From assembly GCA_016235455.1 (NCBI GenBank), contig JACRKZ010000012.1, forward strand, positions 1 through 64,000: 64,000 nucleotides of DNA. The letters are read 5' to 3'. Below are positions 1 through 9,601 of the stretch, in pieces. The first letter of the stretch is position 1, and each line of letters starts with the position of its first letter. The stretch is from Armatimonadota bacterium. GTDB taxonomy: Bacteria; Armatimonadota; UBA10988. Made by a program: the position numbers and the translations under genes. The notes under the pieces were generated by a model. That model saw only the letters and a program-made list of their open reading frames with translations, did no database searches and was not told the origin of the DNA.

Positions 1-1131
1 GGCGAAGGCCGCGGCGAACGGGTTGTCGGGGAAGGCGTCGGCCAGGTTGATGCCCGCGGCCAGGTCGCCCGCGGCGAAAGTGGCGCTGGCCGTGCCCCAG
101 GTGACGCGGTAGCGGCCCGGCTTGGCGCCGGTGACCACCAGCCGCAGGCGGTTGAGCTCGCGGTTGAACGGCACCAGGCTGGCGCCGCCGCGGGTCGAGT
201 TGTCCTTGGTCGGGTCGCCGGTGAGGATGAACGGGTAGCGCGTGCTGACCACCGTCAGCTCGCCCTTGGCGCAGGCCTCCACCGCGTGGCCGGGGCTGCC
301 GTTGGCCCGGTCGCTCGCCAGGTCGAGGGTGATGGTGCCCAGGTTGCCGTCGAGCCCGAGCGCGCGCAGGTAGGCCCAGGCCATGACCAGATGGCCGGCC
401 CAGCCAGGATGCACGCCGTCGCCACCGGCAATGTTGAAGTCAGGGCCGTACTTGGCGCGGGCGTTGACGCCGGCCTGATACTGCGGCCAGAAGACATCGG
501 CGAAGCGCGACTGCTCGGCGGCGGCAATCTCCAGGGCGATGTTGCGCAACTTGCACAGATGCTCGTTGTGCTGCTCCAGCGTGCCCGTGGCCGACTTGAC
601 CCAACTCGCCACCTTGCCCACGCAGCCGGCCGAGCCGACCACGACGCGCGCGCCGGCGGCCTTGAAGCCGCGCACCACGCCGGTGTAGCGTTCGCGGTAC
701 CAGGCGGCGTTGGCGTCGTCATAGGGGCGGTACTTGTAGTCGTTCATGCCGAAGCAGAGCGTGGCCACGGTCGGCTTGAGCCGCAGGCAGTCGCTCTCCA
801 TGCGGCGGCCGAAGCCCTCGGCGGTCTCGCCGCTCCAGCCGAACTGGCGCACGGTCACGGCCAACTGCGGCACACAGACGGTCAGGTAGTCCTCGATGAG
901 CCGCGAGTACATCTGCTGCTCGGTGATGGAATCGCCCACCACGGCCAGGCGGTCGCCGGTCTGCAGCAGCAGCGGGCCCGGCGCGGGCGCCTTGGTCGGG
1001 GCCAGGCCGGCATAGGCTGGGCCGGCGGGGATGCGCTCTAGCTCAGCCGCCCGGAGCGGCCAGGCGCAAACCAGTGCCGCCGCCACCATTGCCCAACAAG
1101 CCCGCGTCCGCGTGCCGATCCGTACCGCCAT
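1..1131 (-). CDS. SGNH/GDSL-family hydrolase, secreted (3' end runs off the window)
   Basis: Manual minus-strand translation: MAVRIGTRTRACWAMVAAALVCAWPLRAAE signal-like start, then LAVVGDSIT (block I), FGWSGETA, CFGMND (block III) and DGVHP (block V). GGGAG RBS upstream of ATG at 1131. Confidence 0.85.
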   Translation of the reverse strand, partial: MAVRIGTRTRACWAMVAAALVCAWPLRAAELERIPAGPAYAGLAPTKAPAPGPLLLQTGDRLAVVGDSITEQQMYSRLIEDYLTVCVPQLAVTVRQFGWSGETAEGFGRRMESDCLRLKPTVATLCFGMNDYKYRPYDDANAAWYRERYTGVVRGFKAAGARVVVGSAGCVGKVASWVKSATGTLEQHNEHLCKLRNIALEIAAAEQSRFADVFWPQYQAGVNARAKYGPDFNIAGGDGVHPGWAGHLVMAWAYLRALGLDGNLGTITLDLASDRANGSPGHAVEACAKGELTVVSTRYPFILTGDPTKDNSTRGGASLVPFNRELNRLRLVVTGAKPGRYRVTWGTASATFAAGDLAAGINLADAFPDNPFAAAFA

Positions 1132-1202
1132 CAGTGACTCTCCCACAACCGCGACGCGCTGGACTGTAGGCTGCCCGCGCGCGGGTGTCAAGCCGGCGCC
1201 CC

Positions 1203-1244
1203 AAAAGACAACGGCCCGCCGACCGCAGGGCAGTCGGCGGGCCG
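1203..1244 (-). terminator. Probable intrinsic terminator after DUF1559 gene
   Basis: 12-bp stem CGGCCCGCCGAC/GTCGGCGGGCCG (1212-1223/1233-1244), followed on the minus strand by TTGTCTTTT. Confidence 0.7.
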
Positions 1245-1261
1245 CTGGTCAGGCTAGTGGA

Positions 1262-1948
1262 TCACTGCCAGCCGTGGTTGTCGTTCCACACCCACGTGTT
1301 CCAGGGCATGGAGGAGTTGAGCACGGCCTGCCAACCACCCGGCGTCGGGCAGTTCATCGGCATGCGCTGGATCTTGACGTGACCATCGACGAAGGCGATG
1401 TTGTTCTGCTCCATGTGCCGCGGCAGCTTGCGGTCCTGAGCGCAGCAGCGCCAGCCGTTCTCCCACAGCGTGCAGTCGACGTTGAGGCCGTTGCCGGTGG
1501 CGGCGTTGGTGGGCGTGGAGTTGGCGTCCAGGCCCGTGGCCTGACCGTCCATCACCAGGATCATCTGCGCCGGCTGGTCGACCGCGGCCAAGGCGCGCTG
1601 GTTCAGACCCCAGTTGTTGTAGACATAGCTGTTGGCCGGGCCGGTCGAGTCGCTGGGGCAGCGGAAGACCTGGACGCTCTTGAGGTACGGCTGGATGCCG
1701 GTGGCCCAGTTGCAGCCCTGCGTGGCCACCACATACGGCGCGCCGACATAGGCGTTGGGCAGCGTCTCGTCGTAGTCCTGCGCGTATTGCGTGATGCCAA
1801 TGGCGATCTGCTTGAGGTTGCTGGCGCAACTCGCCGTGCGCGCCTTCTCACGGGCCTTGGCGAACACGGGGAACAGGATGGCCGCCAGAATGGCGATGAT
1901 GGCGATCACCACCAGCAGTTCGATCAGGGTGAAACCCTTGCGCTTCAT
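1262..1948 (-). CDS. Prepilin-type N-terminal cleavage/methylation, DUF1559 and H-X9-DG domain protein
   Basis: [47 protein letters not shown]; FRCPSD; C-terminal [15 protein letters not shown]; AAGGAG RBS. Confidence 0.92.
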   Translation of the reverse strand: MKRKGFTLIELLVVIAIIAILAAILFPVFAKAREKARTASCASNLKQIAIGITQYAQDYDETLPNAYVGAPYVVATQGCNWATGIQPYLKSVQVFRCPSDSTGPANSYVYNNWGLNQRALAAVDQPAQMILVMDGQATGLDANSTPTNAATGNGLNVDCTLWENGWRCCAQDRKLPRHMEQNNIAFVDGHVKIQRMPMNCPTPGGWQAVLNSSMPWNTWVWNDNHGWQ

Positions 1949-2015
1949 GAACCGATACTCCTTGTGTGCCGAACCCGCGCCAGCGCCGGCGCCAGAGCCA
2001 CGGGCAAAGCGTCTC

Positions 2016-2044
2016 AGTTTACGGCCGGTGTGAGCGATGGTCAA
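2016..2044 (-). promoter_or_regulatory. Sigma70-type promoter for the DUF1559 gene
   Basis: TTGACC-17 nt-TAAACT on the minus strand, about 65 nt upstream of the ATG. Confidence 0.6.
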
Positions 2045-2162
2045 CCGCGCCGGCCGGCGCCGGCGGCGCCCCGGAGCCCGGCGCGTCTCGTCGTAGAGTC
2101 GCTCCAAGACGGCTTCGTAGCGCATGCGGATGCAAGCAGGACCGGCCCGTTAGGGTGGCGGA

Positions 2163-2194
2163 GAGCGACCACGCGGTGCGTTGAGCGACCACGC
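2163..2194. repeat. 12-bp direct repeat, possible regulator binding site
   Basis: GAGCGACCACGC at 2163-2174 and 2183-2194 (20-bp period), intergenic. Confidence 0.5.
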
Positions 2195-2273
2195 TGTCTA
2201 TCACAAGGAGATATCAAAGGATGGTTTTTGTTACGACGGAGTTGAGCTCCGACGTCATTGTAGCGCGCCGCGC

Positions 2274-3569
2274 CTACGATGAAGCCTGTGCGGCACGGCC
2301 AGGCTTGACCAGCACCGCCAGCACGAGGCTGCCGACAAACAGGGACACAGAGACCACCAGCATCGGCTCGATGTGGGCGGCCTTGGCCCAGATGGGGATC
2401 TTGGGGCCGACGTAGCCGCCCAGGTTGCCAAACGAGTTGATCAGGCCGATGCCGGCCGCGGCGGCGCTGCTGGCCAGGAACCCGGTGGGCAGCGTCCAGA
2501 ACAGCGGCATGGCGGTGAGGATGCCCGCGGCGGCGAGCGACAGGCAGATCATCGACAGGATCGGCTGCTTGTCGCCCGTGAAGCCGATGAGCAGCAGGCC
2601 GATGCCGGCGACCACGAACGAGCCCGCGGCGTGGAGGCGGCGCTCGCCGGTGCGGTCGGAGTGCCGGCCGACCGCAAACATCGCCGCCACGGCCGCCATG
2701 TAAGGTATGGCGCTGACCAGGCCGACCTTAAGGTAGCCCTTGCCGACCAGGGCGGTGACCAGCGTGGGCAGCCAGAAGGTGACTGCATAGAGCCCCACCA
2801 TCAGGCAGAAGTAGACGAAGCAGAGCACCCAGACGCGGATATCGGCGAAGGCGTCGGCCACGCGGGCATGATCCTTGCCGGCGTCTTCGGCGGCGATATT
2901 GGCGGTCAGCAACGCCTTCTCGTCGGCGGTCAGCCACTTGGCCTCGGCGATGCTGCTGTCCAGGTAGGACAGCACCCAGATGCCCACGAGGACCGAGGGG
3001 AGGCCTTCCACCAGGAACAGCCATTGCCAGCCCGCCAGGCCCCAGACGCCTGACAGCGAGTCCATCAGCGCGCCCGACAGCGGGTTGCCGATGATGCCGG
3101 CCACGGCGATGGCAGCCATGAACGATGCTGTGCGCCGTGCGCGCATCCGGGCCGGATACCAGGTGCTCAGGTAGAAGACGATGCCGGGGAAGAAGCCCGC
3201 CTCGGCCAGGCCCAGCAGCAGCCGCAATGCATAGAAGGTGGGCACCGAGCGGGTGAACATCATGGCCGCCGACAGCACACCCCAGGAGACCATGATGCGG
3301 GCGATCCAGCGCCGCGCGCCGAAGCGCTGCAGCAGCAGGTTGCTGGGCACCTCGAAGAAGAAGTAGCCGACGAAGAACAGCCCTGCGCCGGTGGCGAAGG
3401 TGGCATCGCTGAACTTCAGGTCGCCGAGCATCTGCAACTTGGCGAAGCCGAGGTTGACGCGGTCGAGATAGGCCAGGATGTAGCACAGAAACAGGAACGG
3501 CAGCAGTCGCCGCGACACCTTGGCGTAAGTCCGCTCGGCGTACGCCTGCTCCTCAAGGGTTGGGTCCAT
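2274..3569 (-). CDS. MFS transporter, anion:cation symporter (tartrate/sugar-acid TtuB/RhmT-like)
   Basis: [52 protein letters not shown]; about 12 TM segments. Confidence 0.9.
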   Translation of the reverse strand: MDPTLEEQAYAERTYAKVSRRLLPFLFLCYILAYLDRVNLGFAKLQMLGDLKFSDATFATGAGLFFVGYFFFEVPSNLLLQRFGARRWIARIMVSWGVLSAAMMFTRSVPTFYALRLLLGLAEAGFFPGIVFYLSTWYPARMRARRTASFMAAIAVAGIIGNPLSGALMDSLSGVWGLAGWQWLFLVEGLPSVLVGIWVLSYLDSSIAEAKWLTADEKALLTANIAAEDAGKDHARVADAFADIRVWVLCFVYFCLMVGLYAVTFWLPTLVTALVGKGYLKVGLVSAIPYMAAVAAMFAVGRHSDRTGERRLHAAGSFVVAGIGLLLIGFTGDKQPILSMICLSLAAAGILTAMPLFWTLPTGFLASSAAAAGIGLINSFGNLGGYVGPKIPIWAKAAHIEPMLVVSVSLFVGSLVLAVLVKPGRAAQASS

Positions 3570-3782
3570 GCAGTTGCCCCGCGCGCGGTGCTTCGCCATC
3601 GGCCTGACGGCGCCTCCCCGGGACGCGGTCATCGCCAGCCCCGGCGTTCGGCCCGCCGCCATTTTCATTTCCGCAATCTCAATACGCTGTTTGGGAAGTC
3701 CATGTCCTTCTACATCACCGTTCGGGTACAATCAGCGCGTGAGTTGGGCCGGCTCCGCCGAGTCCGTCACGAGGAGACCGTT

Positions 3783-4469
3783 TTGAGGAAGCGTTCTGGA
3801 TTCACGCTGATCGAGCTGCTGGTGGTGATCGCCATCATTGCCATCCTGGCAGCCATCCTGTTCCCGGTGTTCGCCAAGGCACGCGAGAAGGCCCGCATGT
3901 CGAGCTGCGCGAGCAACCTCAAGCAGATGATGCTGGGCGTCATCCAGTACACGCAGGACTACGACGAGCGCTATCCGTCGGCCCGCTGGGGCGGCAACAA
4001 CGCCTACAGTTGGCGCGCGACGACGTCGCCGTATGTCAAGAGCACGCAGGTCTTCGCCTGCCCCTCGAACCCTGACTCGAAGGCGATCTGTGCCGGCGAC
4101 GGCTTCCCGCGCGGCTACTGCGCCAACGGTGCGGCTTCGGGTGGCAACACGCAGCCGATGGACCAGGCGCCGCAGTCCATCGCTTCGGTGGTGGCCCCGT
4201 CGCAGTGCATCGGCCTGGCCTGCATCACCAAGCGCAACAACGGTGACGCGGACATCTGGTTCAACGACTACACCGCGGGTGTGGGCGGCAACTACTCGGG
4301 CTCGTACAACCACATGGGTATGGGCAACTACGCCTTCATGGACGGTCACGTCAAGGCCATGAAGCCGTCGGGCACGATCAACCCGGTCAACATGTGGGAC
4401 ATCAACAACAACGCCGCCACGGCCGTGATCACCTCGTGGGTGGCCCTGTGCGAAACGACGATGCAGTGA
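3783..4469 (+). CDS. Prepilin-type N-terminal cleavage/methylation, DUF1559 and H-X9-DG domain protein
   Basis: TTG start after GAGGAG; [25 protein letters not shown]; FACPSN; [15 protein letters not shown]. Confidence 0.92.
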   Translation: MRKRSGFTLIELLVVIAIIAILAAILFPVFAKAREKARMSSCASNLKQMMLGVIQYTQDYDERYPSARWGGNNAYSWRATTSPYVKSTQVFACPSNPDSKAICAGDGFPRGYCANGAASGGNTQPMDQAPQSIASVVAPSQCIGLACITKRNNGDADIWFNDYTAGVGGNYSGSYNHMGMGNYAFMDGHVKAMKPSGTINPVNMWDINNNAATAVITSWVALCETTMQ

Positions 4470-4488
4470 CCTTGGTCGCTTGATCGAG

Positions 4489-4529
4489 ACCGCCCCGTGG
4501 TGCTTCGGCGCCACGGGGCGGTTGTGTTT
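4489..4529 (+). terminator. Intrinsic terminator between convergent genes
   Basis: ACCGCCCCGTGGTGC-TTCG-GCGCCACGGGGCGGT hairpin with a cUUCGg loop, followed by TGTGTTT. Confidence 0.75.
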
Positions 4530-4539
4530 GGGGGGGCAC

Positions 4540-7230
4540 TTACGGCGCCGGACCCCAGCGGAACAGGCCATTGCCACCGGTGCCGGCGTAGAGCCGGCGC
4601 GGGTTGACCGGGTCCACCAGCAGCGTATGGATGCGCAGGCAGGTCAAGCCCTGGGCTGAGAACGGCGACCAGGTCCGGCCGTAGTCGCGTGAGATGAACA
4701 CGCCACGACCGTTGTCGACGTTGTAGTTCTCGTTGGCCAGCCCGGCATAGAGCAGGCCGGGCTGCGTGGGATCGGCCGCCAGGCACGAGACATACGTGCG
4801 CCAACCCTGGTCGCCATCGGGTCGGCCGGGCCCAGCGGCGAAGGCCTCCTGGCTCAGTGCCGACCACGTCTCGCCGCGGTCGGTCGAGGCGTAGAAGGCG
4901 TTGGGGTAATCGATACCCGAGTAGTTGCGGTTGCCGGCGTAGACGCGGTTCGGGTCGGTGGGGTCGATCAGGATGCACTGGGCCTCGACGTCGGACCTGG
5001 TCACGCGCCAGTGGTCGCCGCCGTCGTCGCTGACCGCCAGGTAGCCCTTGGCGCGCTGGCGCGTGTCGGCGTGGTAGTGCGCGCCGGCGGCCAGTACCAT
5101 GTGCCGTGGCTGGCGCGGGTCGAGCGCGATCTGCTTGACCATGCGCGAATCGGTGGGCAGGCCCTGCGAGCAGTCGGTCCACGTGGCGCCCGCGTCGGTG
5201 CTGCGGTAGACGCCGTACTCGGTGACCGCGGCGTACAGCGCGCGGTTGGCCGGGTTGAGCCCGAGCGAGAAGATGCCGCCCGGCGGCAGGCCGCTGCGCT
5301 CATGGCCGACGAGGCGAAAGCCCCGGCCGCCGTCGTCGCTGCGGTAGATCCGGTGGCGAGTGTTGTTCTCCCCCATCGAGACCCACATGTTGTCGGTGGA
5401 GATCGGGTCGATCAGCGCGGCGCCCATGCGGCCGAACCCGCAGTGCAGTCCATTGGTGACGCGGCCAAACGACTGGCCTCCGTCGTCGGTGCGCCACATG
5501 GGCAGGTCCCAGTAGCCGGCGAAGAAGGTACGCGGGTTGACCAGGTTGACCGCCACGGCCTGCGGGCCGCCCATGCAGAGGATCTCACAGCCGCGGCCAC
5601 GCCACGACGCCGGCCGGTCGGCCGCGCCGGGATCGACGCGGTCGGCGATGACCGAGGCCCAGCTCGTCCCGCCATCCAGCGTCTGCAGAATGTCGATGTC
5701 GTCGCACATCAGCACGCGACGCGGGTCTTTGGGGTCGATGGCCAGGCCGGTGGCGATGGCGTGCGGATAGGCCCAGGTCCAGCTCGCGCCGACACCGGGG
5801 TTGGCCGCGCGCCAGTGCTCGCCGGCGTCGTCGGTCACAAACAGGCCGGCCTGGCTGGCGTAGCCCACGTAGAACCGGCTGGGCGTGCTCGGGTCGGCGA
5901 CGAGGCGCCAGGCGGCCTTGTCGCGAGGCAGGCCGTCGTTGACCGGCCGCCAGCTCGCGCCGTCGTCGTCCGAACGCAGCACGCCGCCGCGGCCGTCGGG
6001 GCTGTCGGTGTAGCTCACCAGCAGCGTCGCCGGCCGGTCGCGCCGCACGGCCAGGAAGCCGTAGCGGTAGGCCGCGGGCAGGGGCAGCCGCCGGAATGTA
6101 GCGCCGCGGTCGTCGCTGCGGTACACACCTGCGGTGGTGCCCGCCCAGATGATCGCCGGCAACGTGGGATGCGGCTCGAGGCAGAGCACCGAGGTCGGCT
6201 TGCCATCGCCCGGCAGCGTAACGACGCTCCAGTGCTCGCCGGCATCGTCGCTGAGCAGCACGCGGCAGCTCTGGCCGGCGCCGTTCAGCGCGCCGTTGCT
6301 GCGTTCGTGGCCGATGCCGGCCCACACGCGGCGCGGGTTGGCGCGGTCCACCAGCAGGGCGCTGACCGGCCAGTCCTGTCCAAACGTGGCCAATGGCGGC
6401 AGCCCGCCGAGCAACATGCGCCAGGTGTCGCCCCCGTCGTCGGAGCGCGCCGGCCCACCATCGGTGCCCGCGTAGACGACCAGCGGGCTGGTGGGATGGA
6501 AGGCGACGGCGTTGACATAGAGGTTGGCCAGCCCGGTATTGCGGATCTGCCAGGTGCGCCCGCGGTCGCGGCTGCGGTAGATGCCACCCACATCGCCCCC
6601 GACGAAGCAGGCACCGTCGTGCGGCGAGATGGCGATGTCGCGGAACCAGCCGCCGCCGCCGGGACCGAGGTTGACCCAGCGCTGGTCGGCCGGCGCGGGA
6701 TCGGCGGGCGCCGGTGGTACCGGCGGCCGTGGCGGATGGGCGCGGAACTCGGCGCTGACCTCGGCGTTGGTCTGGAACTCCAGCCGCCGCAGCGAGAAGC
6801 GGATGGTGCGACCGGTGTTGTACGGCGACCAGAACGAGAACCGCACGCCAGTGACCGCCGCCGGCAGGCCTGGTGGCATGTCGGCCAGCAGTAGTTCCTG
6901 CAGTGCCCAACTCGGCGGGAACAGCAGGTCGGGCTCATAGGCATAGGTCGCCCCGCCGGCGCCGAGCAGTTCGGTGCGCGAGACGCAGAGGAAGGTGCCC
7001 GTAGCCTCCTGGGCACGCGCCTCGATGACGAAGCGGTCGCGCCCGGTGGTGCCCAGCGGCTGGCGTAGCTTCAACTCGACCGAGCCCATGCCCGTGGCCA
7101 TGTCGACCGTGGCCACCACGGCCATGCCTTCGACAGCGACATTGCCGCCTGGCACGGTCTCGATCAGGTCACGCAGCGGCACGGCCCAGGCGGGCCAGCA
7201 GAGCAGACACAGCAGCGCGGCAAGCCGCAT
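4540..7230 (-). CDS. Secreted BNR/Asp-box beta-propeller protein (GH74/sortilin-like)
   Basis: Signal peptide MRLAALLCLLCWPAWA; more than 10 S/TxDxGxTW Asp-box repeats; GPGGGGW and DVGGIYRS resemble the GH74 N-terminus. Confidence 0.8.
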   Translation of the reverse strand: MRLAALLCLLCWPAWAVPLRDLIETVPGGNVAVEGMAVVATVDMATGMGSVELKLRQPLGTTGRDRFVIEARAQEATGTFLCVSRTELLGAGGATYAYEPDLLFPPSWALQELLLADMPPGLPAAVTGVRFSFWSPYNTGRTIRFSLRRLEFQTNAEVSAEFRAHPPRPPVPPAPADPAPADQRWVNLGPGGGGWFRDIAISPHDGACFVGGDVGGIYRSRDRGRTWQIRNTGLANLYVNAVAFHPTSPLVVYAGTDGGPARSDDGGDTWRMLLGGLPPLATFGQDWPVSALLVDRANPRRVWAGIGHERSNGALNGAGQSCRVLLSDDAGEHWSVVTLPGDGKPTSVLCLEPHPTLPAIIWAGTTAGVYRSDDRGATFRRLPLPAAYRYGFLAVRRDRPATLLVSYTDSPDGRGGVLRSDDDGASWRPVNDGLPRDKAAWRLVADPSTPSRFYVGYASQAGLFVTDDAGEHWRAANPGVGASWTWAYPHAIATGLAIDPKDPRRVLMCDDIDILQTLDGGTSWASVIADRVDPGAADRPASWRGRGCEILCMGGPQAVAVNLVNPRTFFAGYWDLPMWRTDDGGQSFGRVTNGLHCGFGRMGAALIDPISTDNMWVSMGENNTRHRIYRSDDGGRGFRLVGHERSGLPPGGIFSLGLNPANRALYAAVTEYGVYRSTDAGATWTDCSQGLPTDSRMVKQIALDPRQPRHMVLAAGAHYHADTRQRAKGYLAVSDDGGDHWRVTRSDVEAQCILIDPTDPNRVYAGNRNYSGIDYPNAFYASTDRGETWSALSQEAFAAGPGRPDGDQGWRTYVSCLAADPTQPGLLYAGLANENYNVDNGRGVFISRDYGRTWSPFSAQGLTCLRIHTLLVDPVNPRRLYAGTGGNGLFRWGPAP

Positions 7231-7244
7231 GACACCCGTTCCTC

Positions 7245-8552
7245 TCACGGCCGATGCCGCGGCACCTGATCAGCGAAGTTACCCAGGCAGCGCCAGTAGG
7301 TCGGCCGGGCCAGGTCGACCTCGGCCAGCGCCAACTCGCCCCACTCCTGCGCTTCGGCCAGGGCCGCCCCGGTAGGATCCCACACGGCGGTCTTCATCCA
7401 GTTGCTGCTCTGGGGCTCGTATGTGCTGCTCACCAGATAGACGCCGTTCTCGGCGGCGCGCGCCGCGGCCAGCTCGGGGTTGCAGCCCCACACCGGCCAG
7501 GCGATGACTTCGGCGCCGTTGGCCGTGAGCCCGCGGGCCACCTCGGGGAAGAAGCCGTCGTAACAGACCATCATGCCCACGCGGCCGAGACGTGTCTCGA
7601 ACACCGGGTACTCGTGCCCGGCCATGACGCCGCGGGCCACTTCGTCGCGCGGCAGGCAGACCTTGCGGTACTGGCCGACCAGCTCGCCGTCGGGGCCGAT
7701 GAGCACTGCCGTGTTGTAGACCAGATGCCCGGCGCGCTCGGTGAGGCCGGCCACGATGTACAGGTCGTGCCGCCGGGCCTGCTCGCCGAGATAGGCGGTG
7801 CTCGGGCCGGGGATGGGCTCGGCGGCATCAGCCGGGCCACCCGGCAGGCCGACCGAGGTCACGCATTCGCCCAGCACCACCAGGTCGGCGCGCTGCCTGG
7901 CAGCCGCGGCCAGCAGCGGCTCGTACAGGCGCAGATTGGCCTCTGGCGACTGGCCGCTGTTGGGCTGCAGGTGCGCCGCGGCCAGCCGCACACGGCGGGG
8001 CTGGGGCGGGTCGACCGAGGCCCACAGGATCTCCGACCAGGCCACCGAGCCGCCAGGCGCCCACAGCAGGCCCAGTTCAAGCACCACGCGCTCAGCCTGC
8101 GGTGGCGCCTGGTAGACGCCGGACACCTCGGTCCAGCCGTCGGCGTCCGTCTGGCCATCCCGCGGATGCTCGGGCTCGGCGTTGCCCTGCCCCCAGTTGC
8201 GCAGGTAGCGCTCGACCACGGGCTGCGCGTGCGGCACCGGCCGACCCTCGTCGTCCTGCCATAGGACGCGCACGGGCGCTTGACGTCGCGGCTCGGCCAC
8301 GGCGGTGGTCCGGCGCCAGACGTGGAACCGGTAGTGCTGCCCGCCCAGTACGGGGTAGGCGCGCTGCCAGTAGCCGTGCAGGCCCGGGCGCTGGTCCATG
8401 GCGATGGTCAGCGCCTCGTTGCCGTCGCGCGCGCCGAAGCGGTCGACGTGGAACTCAGGGCGCAGCTCGTCGCGCGGCGCGCCGGGCGACCAGGTCTCGT
8501 CGCCGGCGGCGGCGAGCGAGAAGAGCAGCGGTAGCGCGCGGGCGGTGAACAT
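7245..8552 (-). CDS. Carbon-nitrogen hydrolase (nitrilase superfamily) with N-terminal CBM-like domain, probably secreted
   Basis: E-K-C triad motifs VLGEC, YRKVCL, MVCYDG; YNTAVLIGPDG; hydrophobic N-terminus plus about 180 aa extra domain. Confidence 0.85.
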   Translation of the reverse strand: MFTARALPLLFSLAAAGDETWSPGAPRDELRPEFHVDRFGARDGNEALTIAMDQRPGLHGYWQRAYPVLGGQHYRFHVWRRTTAVAEPRRQAPVRVLWQDDEGRPVPHAQPVVERYLRNWGQGNAEPEHPRDGQTDADGWTEVSGVYQAPPQAERVVLELGLLWAPGGSVAWSEILWASVDPPQPRRVRLAAAHLQPNSGQSPEANLRLYEPLLAAAARQRADLVVLGECVTSVGLPGGPADAAEPIPGPSTAYLGEQARRHDLYIVAGLTERAGHLVYNTAVLIGPDGELVGQYRKVCLPRDEVARGVMAGHEYPVFETRLGRVGMMVCYDGFFPEVARGLTANGAEVIAWPVWGCNPELAAARAAENGVYLVSSTYEPQSSNWMKTAVWDPTGAALAEAQEWGELALAEVDLARPTYWRCLGNFADQVPRHRP

Positions 8553-8654
8553 GGGGTACGGGCTCCTGCCCCGCAGTTCGCCGCGAGCCGGCTAGCCCCT
8601 TGTCAGAGCGGCGGGCAACAAGGTGCTGCCGGCCAGCCGGCGAAAGGGCTGGCC

Positions 8655-9533
8655 ATGCCTTACGCCCTAGCTCTTCTGGCCGGCACCTGCTTCGCGCTGC
8701 TCGGCTTCAGCTACAAACTGGCCCATGCCCGCGGCTGCCGGGCCATGCCGTTCGCCGCCGGATTCCTGGCCACGGCCATGCTCCTGGCCGGCGTGCGCGC
8801 CGCGTTTGAGACCACGACCTGGGCCGATCCGCGCTTGTGGGCGCTGGGCGGGTTCATGGGGGTCATGCTGTTCGCCGCGCTGACTCTGGTTGTGCTGGCC
8901 AATCGACTCGGGCCGGCCTCGGTGTCGTGGATGCTGGTCAACCTGTCGCTGCTCATCCCCATCGTGCTGTCGGCGGTGCTGCTGCGCGAGGCGTTCTACC
9001 CGACCGACGTCCTGCTGCTGCTGACCTTCGGGCTGATGCTCACGGCGCTACGCCATGGCGTGCGGGCCGAGCAGGAGGGCACGGCATCGCGCGCCTTCTG
9101 GCCGCTGCTGGGCGCGCTCTATGTGACCAACGGCCTGTTCCAGTACGGCTGCAAGCTCAAGGACGCCTGGTTCGGCGCGGCCAACTCCGGCGGACTGGCC
9201 GTGGTCTACTTCGGCGTGGGCATGGCGCTGGCGCTGGTCTGCCACCTGGCGCGAACGCGCGAGCGGCGCTTCCGACGCGAGGAGTTGCTGACCGGCGCGC
9301 AGGCGGGCCTGTTTGCCGGCTTGGGCAACCTGCTCATCCTGGGTGCCATGAGCCTGCCGGCCATTGTCGTCTACCCGCTGTCGCAAGGCATCTCGCTGAC
9401 CGGCGGCGTGGGGCTCACGGCGCTGCTGTACCACGAGAAGCTGACCCGCGGCAAGGTGGTCGGCTTCGCGCTGAGCCTGTGCGTGCTGCTGCTGGCGGTG
9501 CTGCGCGAGCCGCTGGCGCGCTGGCTGGGCTGA
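8655..9533 (+). CDS. EamA/DMT-superfamily transporter
   Basis: 292 aa, about 10 TM segments in two repeats; VLLREAF and LLYHEKLT repeat ends; PAIVVYPL. Confidence 0.75.
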   Translation: MPYALALLAGTCFALLGFSYKLAHARGCRAMPFAAGFLATAMLLAGVRAAFETTTWADPRLWALGGFMGVMLFAALTLVVLANRLGPASVSWMLVNLSLLIPIVLSAVLLREAFYPTDVLLLLTFGLMLTALRHGVRAEQEGTASRAFWPLLGALYVTNGLFQYGCKLKDAWFGAANSGGLAVVYFGVGMALALVCHLARTRERRFRREELLTGAQAGLFAGLGNLLILGAMSLPAIVVYPLSQGISLTGGVGLTALLYHEKLTRGKVVGFALSLCVLLLAVLREPLARWLG

Positions 9534-9601
9534 CCGACGGCACGCTGTCGGTGAGGCAACGTTGGACCGCCGGGGCGTGGCGCCGGCGCCAACGCCGGGG
9601 T

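Noticed and set aside
1975-1999. GCGCCA/GCGCCG hexamer tandem in the DUF1559 5' UTR
   Set aside because: Low-complexity, imperfect and common at this GC content.
2221-2415. 64-aa plus-strand ORF preceded by AAGGAG
   Set aside because: It mostly overlaps the MFS 3' end in antisense and has no recognisable features. Kept only as an alternative explanation for the anti-SD finding.
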